Of a stretch of 64,000 bases of DNA, positions 10,026-20,252 are shown piece by piece. How positions within the stretch are numbered: position 1 is the stretch's first letter; each line of letters starts with the position of its first letter. The translations under genes were made by a program, and so were the position numbers. This DNA comes from an uncultured virus (IMG/VR IMGVR_UViG_3300030333_001711) (Duplodnaviria > Heunggongvirae > Uroviricota > Caudoviricetes), in the IMG/VR virus record IMGVR_UViG_3300030333_001711; one strand, written 5' to 3'. The notes beneath the pieces were generated by a model that searched no databases, was not told the origin of the DNA, and saw only the letters and a list, made by a program, of their open reading frames with translations.

Positions 10026-11654
10026 ATGTCTCAACTTTTTGGTTATTCTCTTGAGCGTGCGAAGAAGGGTCAGAGTAATGGTCCTTCTTTTGTGCGTAAA
10101 GAATCTGATGATGCTGCAACTCCCGTAGCAGGTGGTGGTTATTTTGGAACCGCTATTGACTTAGATGGTAGTTATAAAGACGAATCAGATCTTATTAGAC
10201 GATATAGAGAAATGTCCATTCACCCAGAGTGTGATAGGGCAGTGGATGATGTTGTCAATGAGGCAATCGCAGGTGACAGAGATGATAGTCCCGTAGATGT
10301 AGACCTAGCAAACCTAGAAGTAAGTGCAGCGATACGCAAAAAAATCAGAGATGAGTTTCATAACGTTCTCAGATTACTAGATTTTGATAAGAAAGCATAC
10401 GATATATTCCGCAGATGGTACATAGATGGAAAGTTATATTATCATAAGGTCATTGATACTAAAAATCCTCGTCGTGGTATTACAGAGTTAAGGTACATTG
10501 ACCCCCGTAAGATTCGTAAAGTAATAGAATTTGAAGCAAAGAAAGATAGACAGTTTGTAGATCCACGCACAATGGAATCTTTGACTGCACCTAGATCAGC
10601 AGAATATTACGTTTACAATCAAAAAGGTTTACGTGGTCTTGAAACTACAGGGATCAAGATTGCATCTGATGCTATTGCTTTCTGCCACAGTGGTTTGAAA
10701 GATATGAATAAGAATGTGATTATGTCACATTTACATAAGGCAATCAAAGCACTCAATCAACTTAGAATGATTGAAGATAGTCTTGTGATCTATAGATTAT
10801 CAAGAGCACCAGAACGTAGAATATTCTACATTGATGTAGGTAATCTACCAAAACAAAAAGCGGAACAATACCTCCGTGAGGTTATGAGTCGCTATAGAAA
10901 CAAGTTAGTTTACAATGCAGATACAGGAGAAATAAGAGATGACAGAAAATTTATGTCAATGCTCGAAGACTTCTGGTTGCCCAGAAGAGAAGGCGGGAGA
11001 GGCACTGAGATCACTACGCTCCCAGGTGGACAAAATCTTGGAGAACTTGAGGATGTCAAATACTTCCAAAAGAAACTATATCGTGCATTAAATGTACCAG
11101 AGTCTAGATTAGAATCTGATTCCACATTTAATTTGGGTCGTGCTGCTGAGATTACACGTGATGAAGTTAAATTCCAAAAGTTTGTCACACGTCTCCGCAA
11201 AAAATTCTCAGAATTATTCCACGATTTACTTAAAACACAATTAGTTTTAAAAGGTATCATCTCTATTGAAGAATGGGATGATATGTCTGAGCACATTCAG
11301 TATGATTTTATCGCTGATAACTACTTCAGTGAATTAAAAGATCAAGAAATTCTGAATGAAAGATTGAATCTTGTTACTACAATGGATCCTTTTGCGGGTC
11401 GTTACTTCTCTCTTGATTACATACGTCGTAAGGTCTTACGCCAGTCAGACGCTGAGATTAAGGAGATTGATAAGCAAATGGAAAAAGAAATTAGCACTGG
11501 TAAATTACCAGATCCCGCTGCTCTTGATCCTATGACAGGAGAACCTATGGATGGTGCACCAATGGATGCTCCACCAGAGGAAGAGTCCGAAGATATTACA
11601 TCAACAGGACCCGAATCAGTGTCTCCCGCTGATTATAAACGCGGAGAATTCTAA
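10026..11654 (+). CDS. gp20: Portal vertex protein
   Basis: IYRLSRAPERRIFYIDVGNLP, EDFWLPRREGGRGTEITTLPGG; late promoter CTAAATA at 9994-10000. Confidence 0.98.
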   Translation: MSQLFGYSLERAKKGQSNGPSFVRKESDDAATPVAGGGYFGTAIDLDGSYKDESDLIRRYREMSIHPECDRAVDDVVNEAIAGDRDDSPVDVDLANLEVSAAIRKKIRDEFHNVLRLLDFDKKAYDIFRRWYIDGKLYYHKVIDTKNPRRGITELRYIDPRKIRKVIEFEAKKDRQFVDPRTMESLTAPRSAEYYVYNQKGLRGLETTGIKIASDAIAFCHSGLKDMNKNVIMSHLHKAIKALNQLRMIEDSLVIYRLSRAPERRIFYIDVGNLPKQKAEQYLREVMSRYRNKLVYNADTGEIRDDRKFMSMLEDFWLPRREGGRGTEITTLPGGQNLGELEDVKYFQKKLYRALNVPESRLESDSTFNLGRAAEITRDEVKFQKFVTRLRKKFSELFHDLLKTQLVLKGIISIEEWDDMSEHIQYDFIADNYFSELKDQEILNERLNLVTTMDPFAGRYFSLDYIRRKVLRQSDAEIKEIDKQMEKEISTGKLPDPAALDPMTGEPMDGAPMDAPPEEESEDITSTGPESVSPADYKRGEF

Positions 11655-11678
11655 ATAGTATTAATTGAGGAATTAATT

Positions 11679-11879
11679 ATGCCTAGCATTGGAGCTATGG
11701 AAATAGTCAACAAACTCTTTTCTGGATCAAAAGATGTCAGTTCAGAGGTTGACGATGCGATGAATACAATGACCGCTGCTGCTATTGATCAGCAAAAAAT
11801 TGAAATTGCAAAAAACTTTCTGTACGAACCAGAAGAAACAGAGGAAACATCTAATGAAACTGATAACGGAGAAGGTTGA
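11679..11879 (+). CDS. Small acidic prohead core protein (gp67/68 position)
   Basis: 66 aa, acidic C-terminus, between portal and prohead protease; GAGG RBS. Confidence 0.55.
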   Translation: MPSIGAMEIVNKLFSGSKDVSSEVDDAMNTMTAAAIDQQKIEIAKNFLYEPEETEETSNETDNGEG

Positions 11880-12501
11880 AGACGTACAAGTCTTAACTGA
11901 AGAGAAAAACGGTAAGAAAAAACTCTATATAGAAGGTACTTTTCTACAAGGAGAGATCAAAAACCGCAACGGAAGAATGTATCCGTTAGCAACTCTTGAG
12001 AGAGAAGTGTCTAAATATAATGAGTCATTCATAAAAAGCGGTCGTGCTCTTGGTGAGTTAGGTCATCCAGAAGGTCCTACCGTAAATTTAGATCGTGCAT
12101 CTCATTTAATTACTTCTTTAGTGCAAGAAGGCAACAACTTCAGAGGTCGTGCTCGTATTCTCGAAACACCAATGGGTAACATTGCTAAGAACTTGCTTGA
12201 TGAAGGAGTGAAACTTGGAGTTTCTTCACGTGGTATTGGATCATTAAAAGAAACTAATGGGTGTAAAGTTGTCGCTGATGACTATATGCTCGCTACAGCA
12301 GCAGATATTGTTGCTGATCCTTCCGCACCTGATGCTTTTGTCAATGGTATTATGGAAGGAAAAGAGTGGATATGGGCAAACGGACTTATAAAAGAGTCAG
12401 AAATTGCACATATTAAACGTGGGTTAGACAATGCCCCTAGTAGTAAAGTCTTGGAAGAAAGAAAACTTTCCGCGTTTTCACAGTTCCTAGGAACTTTATA
12501 A
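11854..12501 (+). CDS. gp21: Prohead core protease
   Basis: MKLITE start (ATG at 11854), NRNGRMY, ALGELGHP, GVSSRGIGSL, DIVADPSAPDAFV. Confidence 0.96.
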   Translation: MKLITEKVEDVQVLTEEKNGKKKLYIEGTFLQGEIKNRNGRMYPLATLEREVSKYNESFIKSGRALGELGHPEGPTVNLDRASHLITSLVQEGNNFRGRARILETPMGNIAKNLLDEGVKLGVSSRGIGSLKETNGCKVVADDYMLATAADIVADPSAPDAFVNGIMEGKEWIWANGLIKESEIAHIKRGLDNAPSSKVLEERKLSAFSQFLGTL

Positions 12502-12502
12502 T

Positions 12503-12510
12503 TATAAATA
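12503..12510 (+). promoter_or_regulatory. T4-type late promoter for gp22-gp23
   Basis: Exact TATAAATA. Confidence 0.8.
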
Positions 12511-12551
12511 ATTGTTAGAAAAACTGTATTAAAGTTAACAAGGAGACACAA

Positions 12552-13550
12552 ATGTCCGCGAATGAAAAAGTTATGACACCCGAAGATTCTAAGCAGGAAG
12601 TCACCGAAGCAAAATTTGACGGTGCTGTATCTGATCAGTCTACTTTAGGTGCAGTTCAAGATCTTGGAGGTCCTACTCCAACGAACTCTAAACCTGATGA
12701 TGAGTCAAACAAACTCAAGACTGGTGGTGGTCCAACAGCGACTGCTCCAAAAACAAAACCTTCTGATGCTAGTCCTCAGAAGCACGAGTCTGTTGAAGCA
12801 GAAAATGCAGAAGGCGACAACCTTATTGAGGTTGACTTATCCGCTGATGTAGCAGCACTCACAGAGGGTGAGGACCTTTCCGAAGAATTCAAAGAAAAAG
12901 CAACTACTATTTTTGAAGCAGCAGTTGTTTCTCGTTTGAATGAGGAAGTGGGTAAGATCCACGAAGAGTACGCTTCCACTCTTTCAGAGGAAGTAGAAAA
13001 GATTAAGACAGAACTTGCTGAGAAAGTTGATGAGTATCTTACATACGCAACTCAGCAATGGTTAGACAGTAACCAACTCGAAGTCGAAAATGGTCTTAAA
13101 GCAGAGATCGCTGAGAGTGTAGTTTCTGGTCTTAAAAAGGTTTTCGTTGAGAATCACATTGAGGTTCCTGACGAGAAAGCAGACGTTGTTGATGCAATGA
13201 CTGCTGAATTAGATAATATGGAAACAAAACTCAACGAGCAAATTGAAGCTAACGTTGAACTTACTAAAAAGGTAAGTGCCTTTGTTAAGAATGGGATTGT
13301 GAACGAAGTAGCAGAAGGTTTAGCATCTACCGAAAAGGAGAAGTTATCCCAACTTGCTGAGGGTGTTGAGTTTGAAGATGAAGAGTCATTCCGCAATAAG
13401 GTAGCAACTCTTAAGGAGAGTTATTATCCTAGCAAACCTGCTGCTCCTGCAACAGAAACTATTGCTGAAGACGTACAACCTGTTGTGGATACAGATATGA
13501 CTGAAAGTATGTCACGTTACGTGGATGCTTTACGTCGTTGGACTAAGTGA
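12552..13550 (+). CDS. gp22: Prohead core scaffold protein
   Basis: Acidic coiled-coil, LSEEFKEKATTIFEAAV, LKESY; position between gp21 and gp23. Confidence 0.93.
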   Translation: MSANEKVMTPEDSKQEVTEAKFDGAVSDQSTLGAVQDLGGPTPTNSKPDDESNKLKTGGGPTATAPKTKPSDASPQKHESVEAENAEGDNLIEVDLSADVAALTEGEDLSEEFKEKATTIFEAAVVSRLNEEVGKIHEEYASTLSEEVEKIKTELAEKVDEYLTYATQQWLDSNQLEVENGLKAEIAESVVSGLKKVFVENHIEVPDEKADVVDAMTAELDNMETKLNEQIEANVELTKKVSAFVKNGIVNEVAEGLASTEKEKLSQLAEGVEFEDEESFRNKVATLKESYYPSKPAAPATETIAEDVQPVVDTDMTESMSRYVDALRRWTK

Positions 13551-13607
13551 TAAAAATACCCTAAACAACTTTTAAAAAAATACTTTTCCTGGAGGGGAAA
13601 TACGCAA

Positions 13608-14975
13608 ATGTTTAATTCTGAACAGTTGCAGGAAAAGTGGAACCCTGTTCTTGACTGTGATGGTCTTGATGGTATCAAGGACAATTACAGAAAAGCAGTT
13701 ACCGCTGTCCTGTTAGAAAACCAAGAAAAATTCCTACGCGAAGAAGCAGGAATTTTAACTGAAGCAGCACCTACAAACTCTACTGGATCTTCAAGTTCAG
13801 CAGCAGGTTTTAGTGCTACTGCTACAGCAACTGGTCCTGTTGCAGGTTTCGACCCAGTTCTAATCTCATTGATTAGAAGATCAATGCCTAAGTTAATCGC
13901 TTATGACATTGCGGGTGTACAACCTATGACTGGTCCAACTGGACTCATCTTTGCGATGAGATCTAGATACGGAACCAACCGTGCATCTGGTACTGAAGCA
14001 TTCTTCAACGAAGCAGATTCACAATTCACTGGTACTGACGCTGCTCAGACAAGTGGATTCGGTTCACAAGGTTCTGCACAAGCAGGATCAAACCCAGGTC
14101 TACTAAATGATTCTGGTACATACACAAACGGTACAGGAATGAGAACTGATGAGTCTGAGACTCTAGGTACTGGTTCTAATGCCTTCGCTGAAATGAACTT
14201 CAGCATTGAGAAAGTTACTGTGACTGCTAAGTCCAGAGCACTCAAGGCAGAGTACAGTTTGGAACTAGCACAGGATCTTAAAGCAGTTCACGGTTTAGAC
14301 GCTGAGTCTGAATTGGCAAACATTCTATCTACAGAAGTTCTTGCTGAAATCAACCGTGAAGTTGTTAGAACTGTTTACAAGATCGCAAGACCTGGTGCTC
14401 AGAACAACACTGCTACCGCAGGTATCTTCGACTTAGACGTAGACTCCAATGGTAGATGGTCTGTTGAGAAGTTCAAAGGACTTCTATTCCAGATCGAGAG
14501 AGATATGAACGCAATCGGGCACGAAACTCGTCGCGGAAAAGGGAACATAATCATATGTTCTGCTGACGTTGCTTCAGCACTCTCAATGGCAGGTGTACTT
14601 GATTACACTCCTGCTCTACAAGGTAACAGCAACCTACTTCCAGATGATAACTCCTCAACACTTGCAGGAACATTAAACGGAAGAATCAAGGTTTATGTTG
14701 ACCCATATTCAGCAAACGTAAGTGACAGACACTTCTATGTTGCAGGATACAAAGGATCTTCTGCATATGATGCAGGATTATTCTACTGTCCATATGTTCC
14801 TCTACAAATGGTAAGAGCAGTTGGTCAGGACACATTCCAACCAAAAATCGGATTTAAGACAAGATACGGTCTTGTTGCAAACCCATTCGCGGAAGGTACA
14901 ACTCAAGGAGAGGGAGCACTTACTGCTAACGCTAACCGTTATTACAGAAGAGTTCTTGTTGATAACCTAATGTAA
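13608..14975 (+). CDS. gp23: Major capsid protein
   Basis: GVQPMTGPTGLIFAMR, KSRALKAEYSLELAQDLKAVHGLDAE, FQPKIGFKTRYG. Confidence 0.99.
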   Translation: MFNSEQLQEKWNPVLDCDGLDGIKDNYRKAVTAVLLENQEKFLREEAGILTEAAPTNSTGSSSSAAGFSATATATGPVAGFDPVLISLIRRSMPKLIAYDIAGVQPMTGPTGLIFAMRSRYGTNRASGTEAFFNEADSQFTGTDAAQTSGFGSQGSAQAGSNPGLLNDSGTYTNGTGMRTDESETLGTGSNAFAEMNFSIEKVTVTAKSRALKAEYSLELAQDLKAVHGLDAESELANILSTEVLAEINREVVRTVYKIARPGAQNNTATAGIFDLDVDSNGRWSVEKFKGLLFQIERDMNAIGHETRRGKGNIIICSADVASALSMAGVLDYTPALQGNSNLLPDDNSSTLAGTLNGRIKVYVDPYSANVSDRHFYVAGYKGSSAYDAGLFYCPYVPLQMVRAVGQDTFQPKIGFKTRYGLVANPFAEGTTQGEGALTANANRYYRRVLVDNLM

Positions 14976-14996
14976 GCAATCGCTTATATTCTTTAC

Positions 14997-15022
14997 AAAG
15001 ACCCCTTCGGGGGTCTTTTTTT
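14997..15022 (+). terminator. Rho-independent terminator after gp23
   Basis: AAAGACCCC-TTCG-GGGGTCTTT followed by T run (UUCG tetraloop). Confidence 0.9.
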
Positions 15023-15052
15023 ATGTTAAATAATGGGAGGTTGAACATTTCT

Positions 15053-15217
15053 ATGAACGGACGATTGAACAAAGTTCAAATGCTTGCAAAAGTTATGCGT
15101 ATGAAAGATGGTCTGCACAGACATCAGTGGTATCCTCATTGGAATGATGAAGAACGTGCTGCTGCACAGATGATATTAAATAACGTTCTTGATGTTCTAG
15201 ACGAATACTGGGAGTAG
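15053..15217 (+). CDS. Hypothetical protein, 54 aa
   Basis: GGAGG upstream; ORF fills the gap before gp3. Confidence 0.55.
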   Translation: MNGRLNKVQMLAKVMRMKDGLHRHQWYPHWNDEERAAAQMILNNVLDVLDEYWE

Positions 15218-15225
15218 TATAAATA
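15218..15225 (+). promoter_or_regulatory. T4-type late promoter for gp3-uvsY-uvsW
   Basis: Exact TATAAATA. Confidence 0.75.
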
Positions 15226-15252
15226 AAATTACGGAAACAACTAATATCGTAA

Positions 15253-15810
15253 ATGTCTTTTCCAACGCAAATAAGCAATAGGAATTTCCTTAGTCCAGGT
15301 GGTTTCCGATTTACCTTAGCGAAGTATCCTAAGATTGCATACTATTGTCAATCAGCAAACATACCCGCTATATCAGTCGGTGAACTAACTCAACCAACAC
15401 CATTCAGACCTATTCCATTTGAAGGTGTATTAAACTATCAAACATTATCATTAAGATTCTTAGTAGATGAGGGTCTTGAAAACTATCTAATTATCCATAA
15501 CTGGATGAGAGGACTTGGTGTTCCTGAGAAGTTTAAAGAAAGACAGGAAATGATTGACGCAAACCCTAATAATTTTTCACCAGGAATAGGTGATAAAGAA
15601 TTTGCAGACGGAACTCTTACTGTATTGAATAGTAATTTTCAACCTTCATTCAATATAGTATTCAGAGATATGTTCCCAATAGCATTGAATACACTAGAGT
15701 TTGACGCTGCTTTATCTGACACCGAATACTTTAATTCTGTGGTAGAATTTAACTATCTAGATTATGAAATACGTAGTCTAACAGGAGATCGTTTAACAAC
15801 CTTAAAATAA
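15253..15810 (+). CDS. gp3: Tail completion / tube terminator protein (gp3-like)
   Basis: NRNFLSPGGFRF, ANIPAI, LRFLVDEGLENY; conserved position before uvsY. Confidence 0.8.
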   Translation: MSFPTQISNRNFLSPGGFRFTLAKYPKIAYYCQSANIPAISVGELTQPTPFRPIPFEGVLNYQTLSLRFLVDEGLENYLIIHNWMRGLGVPEKFKERQEMIDANPNNFSPGIGDKEFADGTLTVLNSNFQPSFNIVFRDMFPIALNTLEFDAALSDTEYFNSVVEFNYLDYEIRSLTGDRLTTLK

Positions 15811-15813
15811 AAT

Positions 15814-16242
15814 ATGGACCCACTTGAAGTGATTAAGCAGTCTTGGGCAGGAGACTGTATTTTTGATGAAGACAAATTAGATCAAGAGTCGTTAAAGATA
15901 CCATCTTTACACGCAAAGTATCAAGACTATTGGTCAAAGTATTCTTTAATACTAGAAGATAATAAGAAAAAACTTAGTGTCTTGAGGAGAGACAAGTATC
16001 TTTTTTATACTGGTAAAGCAGATGCGGAAGTATATAAAGATAATCCTTTTGATTTAAAAGTATTGAAGAATGATCTGAATACTTTTATGGAAGCAGACGA
16101 GGACATACAGACTCAGCAATTAAAAATAGCATACTTTGAAACTGTTATAAATTATTTGGAAGGGGTGTTAAAACAAATTAACAACAGAACCTACCACATT
16201 AAAAATGCCCTTGAACATAGACGTTTTGAAGCAGGTTTCTAA
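15814..16242 (+). CDS. uvsY: Recombination mediator UvsY
   Basis: LDQESLKIPSLHAKY, INNRTYHIKNALE..RFEAG. Confidence 0.9.
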   Translation: MDPLEVIKQSWAGDCIFDEDKLDQESLKIPSLHAKYQDYWSKYSLILEDNKKKLSVLRRDKYLFYTGKADAEVYKDNPFDLKVLKNDLNTFMEADEDIQTQQLKIAYFETVINYLEGVLKQINNRTYHIKNALEHRRFEAGF

Positions 16243-17702
16243 TGACCCTCATCACAAAGAAGAATGAAGTCTTCTTGCGAGTTGATGCTGATCCACACAT
16301 CCATCAAGAACTATCAGATTATTTTACTTTTGAAGTACCTAATGCAAAATTTTTACAGAAGCAGAGAAGGTACAAATACTGGGACGGAAAGATCAGATTA
16401 TATTCACCTGGAAATGGTGAATTATATGTTGGGTTATATGATTACCTAGTTGAATGGTTAGATAGAAAAGGTTATAATTACAGTGTACAGTCAAACAAAC
16501 AGTATGGAGAACCCAATGAGTCGGAAGAATTTGTCACCCCTGAGTCTGTTGCTTCCTTTGTTAGAGGTCTCAATCTGCCTTTCAAGATCAGAGGATACCA
16601 ACTTAGAGGACTTTATTGTAGCATTAAGTATAACCGAAGACTTCTATTATCACCAACTGGATCTGGGAAATCGTTAATCATCTATACTTTAATTAGATGG
16701 CACTTGTTTCACGAAAGAAATATACTTATTATCGTACCCACTACATCATTAGTAGAACAATTATTCAAAGACTTTCAAGATTATGGATGGAATGCAAGAG
16801 AACACGTTAACAAAATCTATGCAGGGAAAGAACGTTATAGAGAATCTCCTGTTGTCATTTCTACGTGGCAATCTATCTACAAAGAACCTCGCAATTTCTT
16901 TAATAGGTTTGATGTTGTTATCGGGGATGAGGCACACCTTTACAAAGCAAAGTCTCTAACAAAATTACTAACCAAAATGCACAGTTGTAAGTATCGTATT
17001 GGTCTTACAGGTACTCTTGATGGTATGCAATGTCATCAATTACAACTAGAAGGATTGTTTGGTCCAGTAGAAAAAGTAATTAGAACTGATGAGTTACAGA
17101 AGAAAGGATACTTATCAGATTTAAAAATAAATGTATTAGTATGTAAGCACGAATATATTGAGTTTGAAAACTATCAGGAAGAGATAGAGTATATAATTAC
17201 ACACCCAAAACGAAATAAGATCATAGTAAACCTAGCGTCAGATCTATCTGGTAATACCCTTGTGCTATTTAATTACATTGAAAGACACGGAGACGTTCTT
17301 AGAGATATGCTAAATAGTAAAAAGGGAGATAAAAAACTCTTTTATATTCACGGAGGAACTGATACTTCTGAACGGGAAATGGTGAGAGAGATATGTGAGG
17401 TGACTAGCAATGCTATCATTCTTGCATCGTACGGTACATTCAGTACGGGTATTAATATTAAGAACCTACATAATGTAATCTTTGCTTCACCATCCAAGTC
17501 TAGAATCAGAAACCTTCAATCCATAGGAAGGACACTTAGGAAACACGATTCCAAAGCACGTGCTTATCTGTATGACTTTGCTGATGATATTAGTAATGAG
17601 TACAACCGAAATATGACTTTGAACCATATGGTTTTTAGGATTAAGACATATAATGATGAAAAATTTGACTACTCAGTAACAGAAATTAATCTCAGGAAGT
17701 AA
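16242..17702 (+). CDS. uvsW: SF2 DNA/RNA helicase UvsW
   Basis: SPTGSGKS, DEAH, GLTGT, FSTGINIKNLHNVIFASP, QSIGR. Confidence 0.95.
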   Translation: MTLITKKNEVFLRVDADPHIHQELSDYFTFEVPNAKFLQKQRRYKYWDGKIRLYSPGNGELYVGLYDYLVEWLDRKGYNYSVQSNKQYGEPNESEEFVTPESVASFVRGLNLPFKIRGYQLRGLYCSIKYNRRLLLSPTGSGKSLIIYTLIRWHLFHERNILIIVPTTSLVEQLFKDFQDYGWNAREHVNKIYAGKERYRESPVVISTWQSIYKEPRNFFNRFDVVIGDEAHLYKAKSLTKLLTKMHSCKYRIGLTGTLDGMQCHQLQLEGLFGPVEKVIRTDELQKKGYLSDLKINVLVCKHEYIEFENYQEEIEYIITHPKRNKIIVNLASDLSGNTLVLFNYIERHGDVLRDMLNSKKGDKKLFYIHGGTDTSEREMVREICEVTSNAIILASYGTFSTGINIKNLHNVIFASPSKSRIRNLQSIGRTLRKHDSKARAYLYDFADDISNEYNRNMTLNHMVFRIKTYNDEKFDYSVTEINLRK

Positions 17703-17706
17703 AACA

Positions 17707-18156
17707 ATGTCACTCAATTACGTCAAACACGAAGAAGAATTTTTAGGAGTTGCTAAACTTACTAATGGGGATGAGGTTATTGGTAAGTTTACAGTTGTAA
17801 AGGATACAGATGGTACAGATGTTGTATTCATAGTTGATCCTGCTAAAGTACATCACGGATCAATCAATACAGCAGACGGAAAAAGAACTGAGATGGTTGG
17901 TCTAAAGAGGTGGATGTATTTTTCTGATGAAGAATTTTTTATAGTTCCTGATAATCAAATTATTTCACTTGCTCCGCAGTCGGTCGAGGCGACGATGATG
18001 TATAAGATGTTTGTTCGTCAAGAGTTTGAACGCACAAGTCTATCAGACTTAAAAGAACAAAACGAACTACCCCCAAATCCTAATCAAGGATTCTTAGGTA
18101 CTGTTGAAGATAACCGTAAAAAGTTTGAAGATCTCTTTAATAAACCTTTAGAGTAG
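17707..18156 (+). CDS. Conserved hypothetical protein (possible Sm-like fold)
   Basis: KLTNGDEVIG motif; position between uvsW and gp55. Confidence 0.6.
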   Translation: MSLNYVKHEEEFLGVAKLTNGDEVIGKFTVVKDTDGTDVVFIVDPAKVHHGSINTADGKRTEMVGLKRWMYFSDEEFFIVPDNQIISLAPQSVEATMMYKMFVRQEFERTSLSDLKEQNELPPNPNQGFLGTVEDNRKKFEDLFNKPLE

Positions 18157-18188
18157 TTATAACCATCCCTTGAACCCTTACAGTGTTA

Positions 18189-18217
18189 ATTGTACAGATA
18201 ATTGTAACTCTTGTCAA
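18189..18217 (-). promoter_or_regulatory. Sigma70-type promoter on minus strand (antisense to upstream genes)
   Basis: Reverse complement reads TTGACA-N17-TACAAT. Confidence 0.65.
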
Positions 18218-18223
18218 CCCCTA

Positions 18224-18252
18224 TTGACGTTTCCTAACAAATAAGGTACTAT
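18224..18252 (+). promoter_or_regulatory. Sigma70-type promoter for gp55
   Basis: TTGACG-N17-TACTAT. Confidence 0.7.
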
Positions 18253-18276
18253 AAGGTATAGGAAATCTAGTCATCA

Positions 18277-18765
18277 ATGGCGATCTCAATGCCAAGAAGA
18301 AAACAAAAGAGTCAGCATTACGTTGACAACAAAAAATTTTTAGAAGCACTTATCAATCATAAAGAAAGGATAAAGCGTGCAGCATCTCAGGACAAACCTA
18401 AACCAAGGATACCAGAGTATGTAGGAGACTGCTTTTTAAAAATCGCGACGCACCTTTCGTATAGACCAAACTTCATAAACTATATGTACAAAGAAGATAT
18501 GGTTTCAGATGGTATAGAAAACTGTGTTCAGTATATTGATAACTTTGATCCAAATAAATCTAAGAATCCATTTGCATATTTTACACAAATAGTTTACTTT
18601 GCTTTTTTAAGAAGGATTGCAAAAGAGAAAAGACAGCAATCAATTAGAGAAAAAATTATAGAGAAGTCTGGTTTTGATCAGATCTTTCACACTGACGGTG
18701 ATGTAGATCCTGCTACACTAAACAATATTAAAACTCGTATTGAGATGAACAACAGATACCAATGA
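18277..18765 (+). CDS. gp55: Late-transcription sigma factor
   Basis: HYVDNKKF, HLSYRPNFINY, NFDPNKSKNPFAYFTQI. Confidence 0.95.
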   Translation: MAISMPRRKQKSQHYVDNKKFLEALINHKERIKRAASQDKPKPRIPEYVGDCFLKIATHLSYRPNFINYMYKEDMVSDGIENCVQYIDNFDPNKSKNPFAYFTQIVYFAFLRRIAKEKRQQSIREKIIEKSGFDQIFHTDGDVDPATLNNIKTRIEMNNRYQ

Positions 18766-18941
18766 AAGTTGATAGGTACTATGATCCATACGAGGATCTT
18801 GAAGCACAATGTCTAGAAGAACTAGAACACATCGCCAAGTCACTAGGCGGTAATATGAAAAAACTGACCAGAGCAGATTACTCTGGAAGATCATCAAAAG
18901 TTATTGAAATTGAGTATGAAATTAACGAAGGAACTAATTGA
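18762..18941 (+). CDS. Hypothetical protein, 59 aa
   Basis: Read by eye: MKVDRYYDPYEDLE...; ATGA overlap with gp55 stop. Confidence 0.5.
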   Translation: MKVDRYYDPYEDLEAQCLEELEHIAKSLGGNMKKLTRADYSGRSSKVIEIEYEINEGTN

Positions 18942-19209
18942 CAAGATACAAGAAGCAATGCTTCATACCAAGAAAGATGGTACTGTCAACTGGAAAGATA
19001 CCGATGAGATTGAGGTACAATTAGCAGGAACATTTGCTGCTGACAGATTTATTGTTATTAAGAACAAAACAAAAGACCCAGTAGTATCTGCTGCACCTCA
19101 TCCTGATTTCGATTACGAAAGAAAGGTCTTTACCAAAGATGGTAGAGAAGAGTATATGAAAGAATATGCAACTAAAAGATTACACAATGATATAAAAAAA
19201 TCAAAATGA
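18916..19209 (+). CDS. Hypothetical protein
   Basis: ORF track; coupled to gp47 by ATGA. Confidence 0.6.
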   Translation: MKLTKELIDKIQEAMLHTKKDGTVNWKDTDEIEVQLAGTFAADRFIVIKNKTKDPVVSAAPHPDFDYERKVFTKDGREEYMKEYATKRLHNDIKKSK

Positions 19210-20252
19210 AAATTCTTTTAATAACTGATCAGCATTTTGGTGCTAGAAATGACAACCCAATATTCTTGGGCAAATTTAAACAGTTCTATGAACAAATAGT
19301 ATTTCCTTATATTGATAGGAATAATATAGATACTGTATTTTGTTTAGGAGATACGTTTGATAAACGTAAGAGTATAAACTATCTTTCATTAGATGCAACT
19401 AGAGAAATGTGGTTTAAACCTTTACAGGATAGAGGTATCAAGATGTATATGTTGATTGGTAATCACGACATATACTTTAAGAATACTCTGAGAGTAAATG
19501 CTTGTGACCATCTACTTAAAGAATATGATAACTTAGAAATCATAAACAAACCAACAGAAGTAGTATTAGATAATAGAAAATTTCTAATGCTTCCTTGGAT
19601 TTGTGACGATAATAAAAATGATATTTACCAAGCAATAGAAGATACAGATGCTACTGCTTGTATGGGACATCTAGAATTATCAGGGTTTGAAGCACTTCCT
19701 GGAATTCGTATGGAACACGGTGAAGATCCTGAGAGGTTTTCTAAGTTTAAATTAACTTGTACAGGTCACTTCCATCACAGATCAAGACAAGATAATATAA
19801 TGTATCTCGGTAATCCGTACCAACTTTACTGGAATGACTACGGTGCAATTAGAGGTTTTCACACCCTAAATACTGATGACTTAAGATTAACATTCATTCA
19901 AAATCCTTTTAATATATTTGAAAAAATATTTTATGATGATACTAATAATGATTATGAAACATTACCAGACCATAAGGAACTGGTAGGAAGTTATGTAAAA
20001 CTTGTAGTTCAACAAAAAGATAACCAAAAATTATTTGATCGCTACGTAAAACATTTACAAGACATAGGTGTAGCAGATTTAAAAATTATTGAAGATCTTA
20101 CTCTTGAAGCAGTAGAGGTAGATGAGTCTATCAAACTAGAAGACACAATGACTATCTTAGAGAACTATGTTAATGAATTAGAGGATCACATAGATAAGAA
20201 AAATATTGTTAAAATAGTTAAGTCACTTTACCTAGAAGCACTCAACGTTTAA
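19206..20252 (+). CDS. gp47: Recombination endonuclease subunit (Mre11/SbcD-like)
   Basis: ITDQHFG, LGDTFD, GNHD, GHFH metallophosphoesterase motifs. Confidence 0.95.
   Translation: MKILLITDQHFGARNDNPIFLGKFKQFYEQIVFPYIDRNNIDTVFCLGDTFDKRKSINYLSLDATREMWFKPLQDRGIKMYMLIGNHDIYFKNTLRVNACDHLLKEYDNLEIINKPTEVVLDNRKFLMLPWICDDNKNDIYQAIEDTDATACMGHLELSGFEALPGIRMEHGEDPERFSKFKLTCTGHFHHRSRQDNIMYLGNPYQLYWNDYGAIRGFHTLNTDDLRLTFIQNPFNIFEKIFYDDTNNDYETLPDHKELVGSYVKLVVQQKDNQKLFDRYVKHLQDIGVADLKIIEDLTLEAVEVDESIKLEDTMTILENYVNELEDHIDKKNIVKIVKSLYLEALNV

Noticed and set aside
13582..13600. Weak hairpins around Shine-Dalgarno sequences of late genes (gp23, gp18, 52788, 60125)
   Set aside because: Stems of only 3-5 bp in AT-rich DNA could be chance; not supportable without folding statistics
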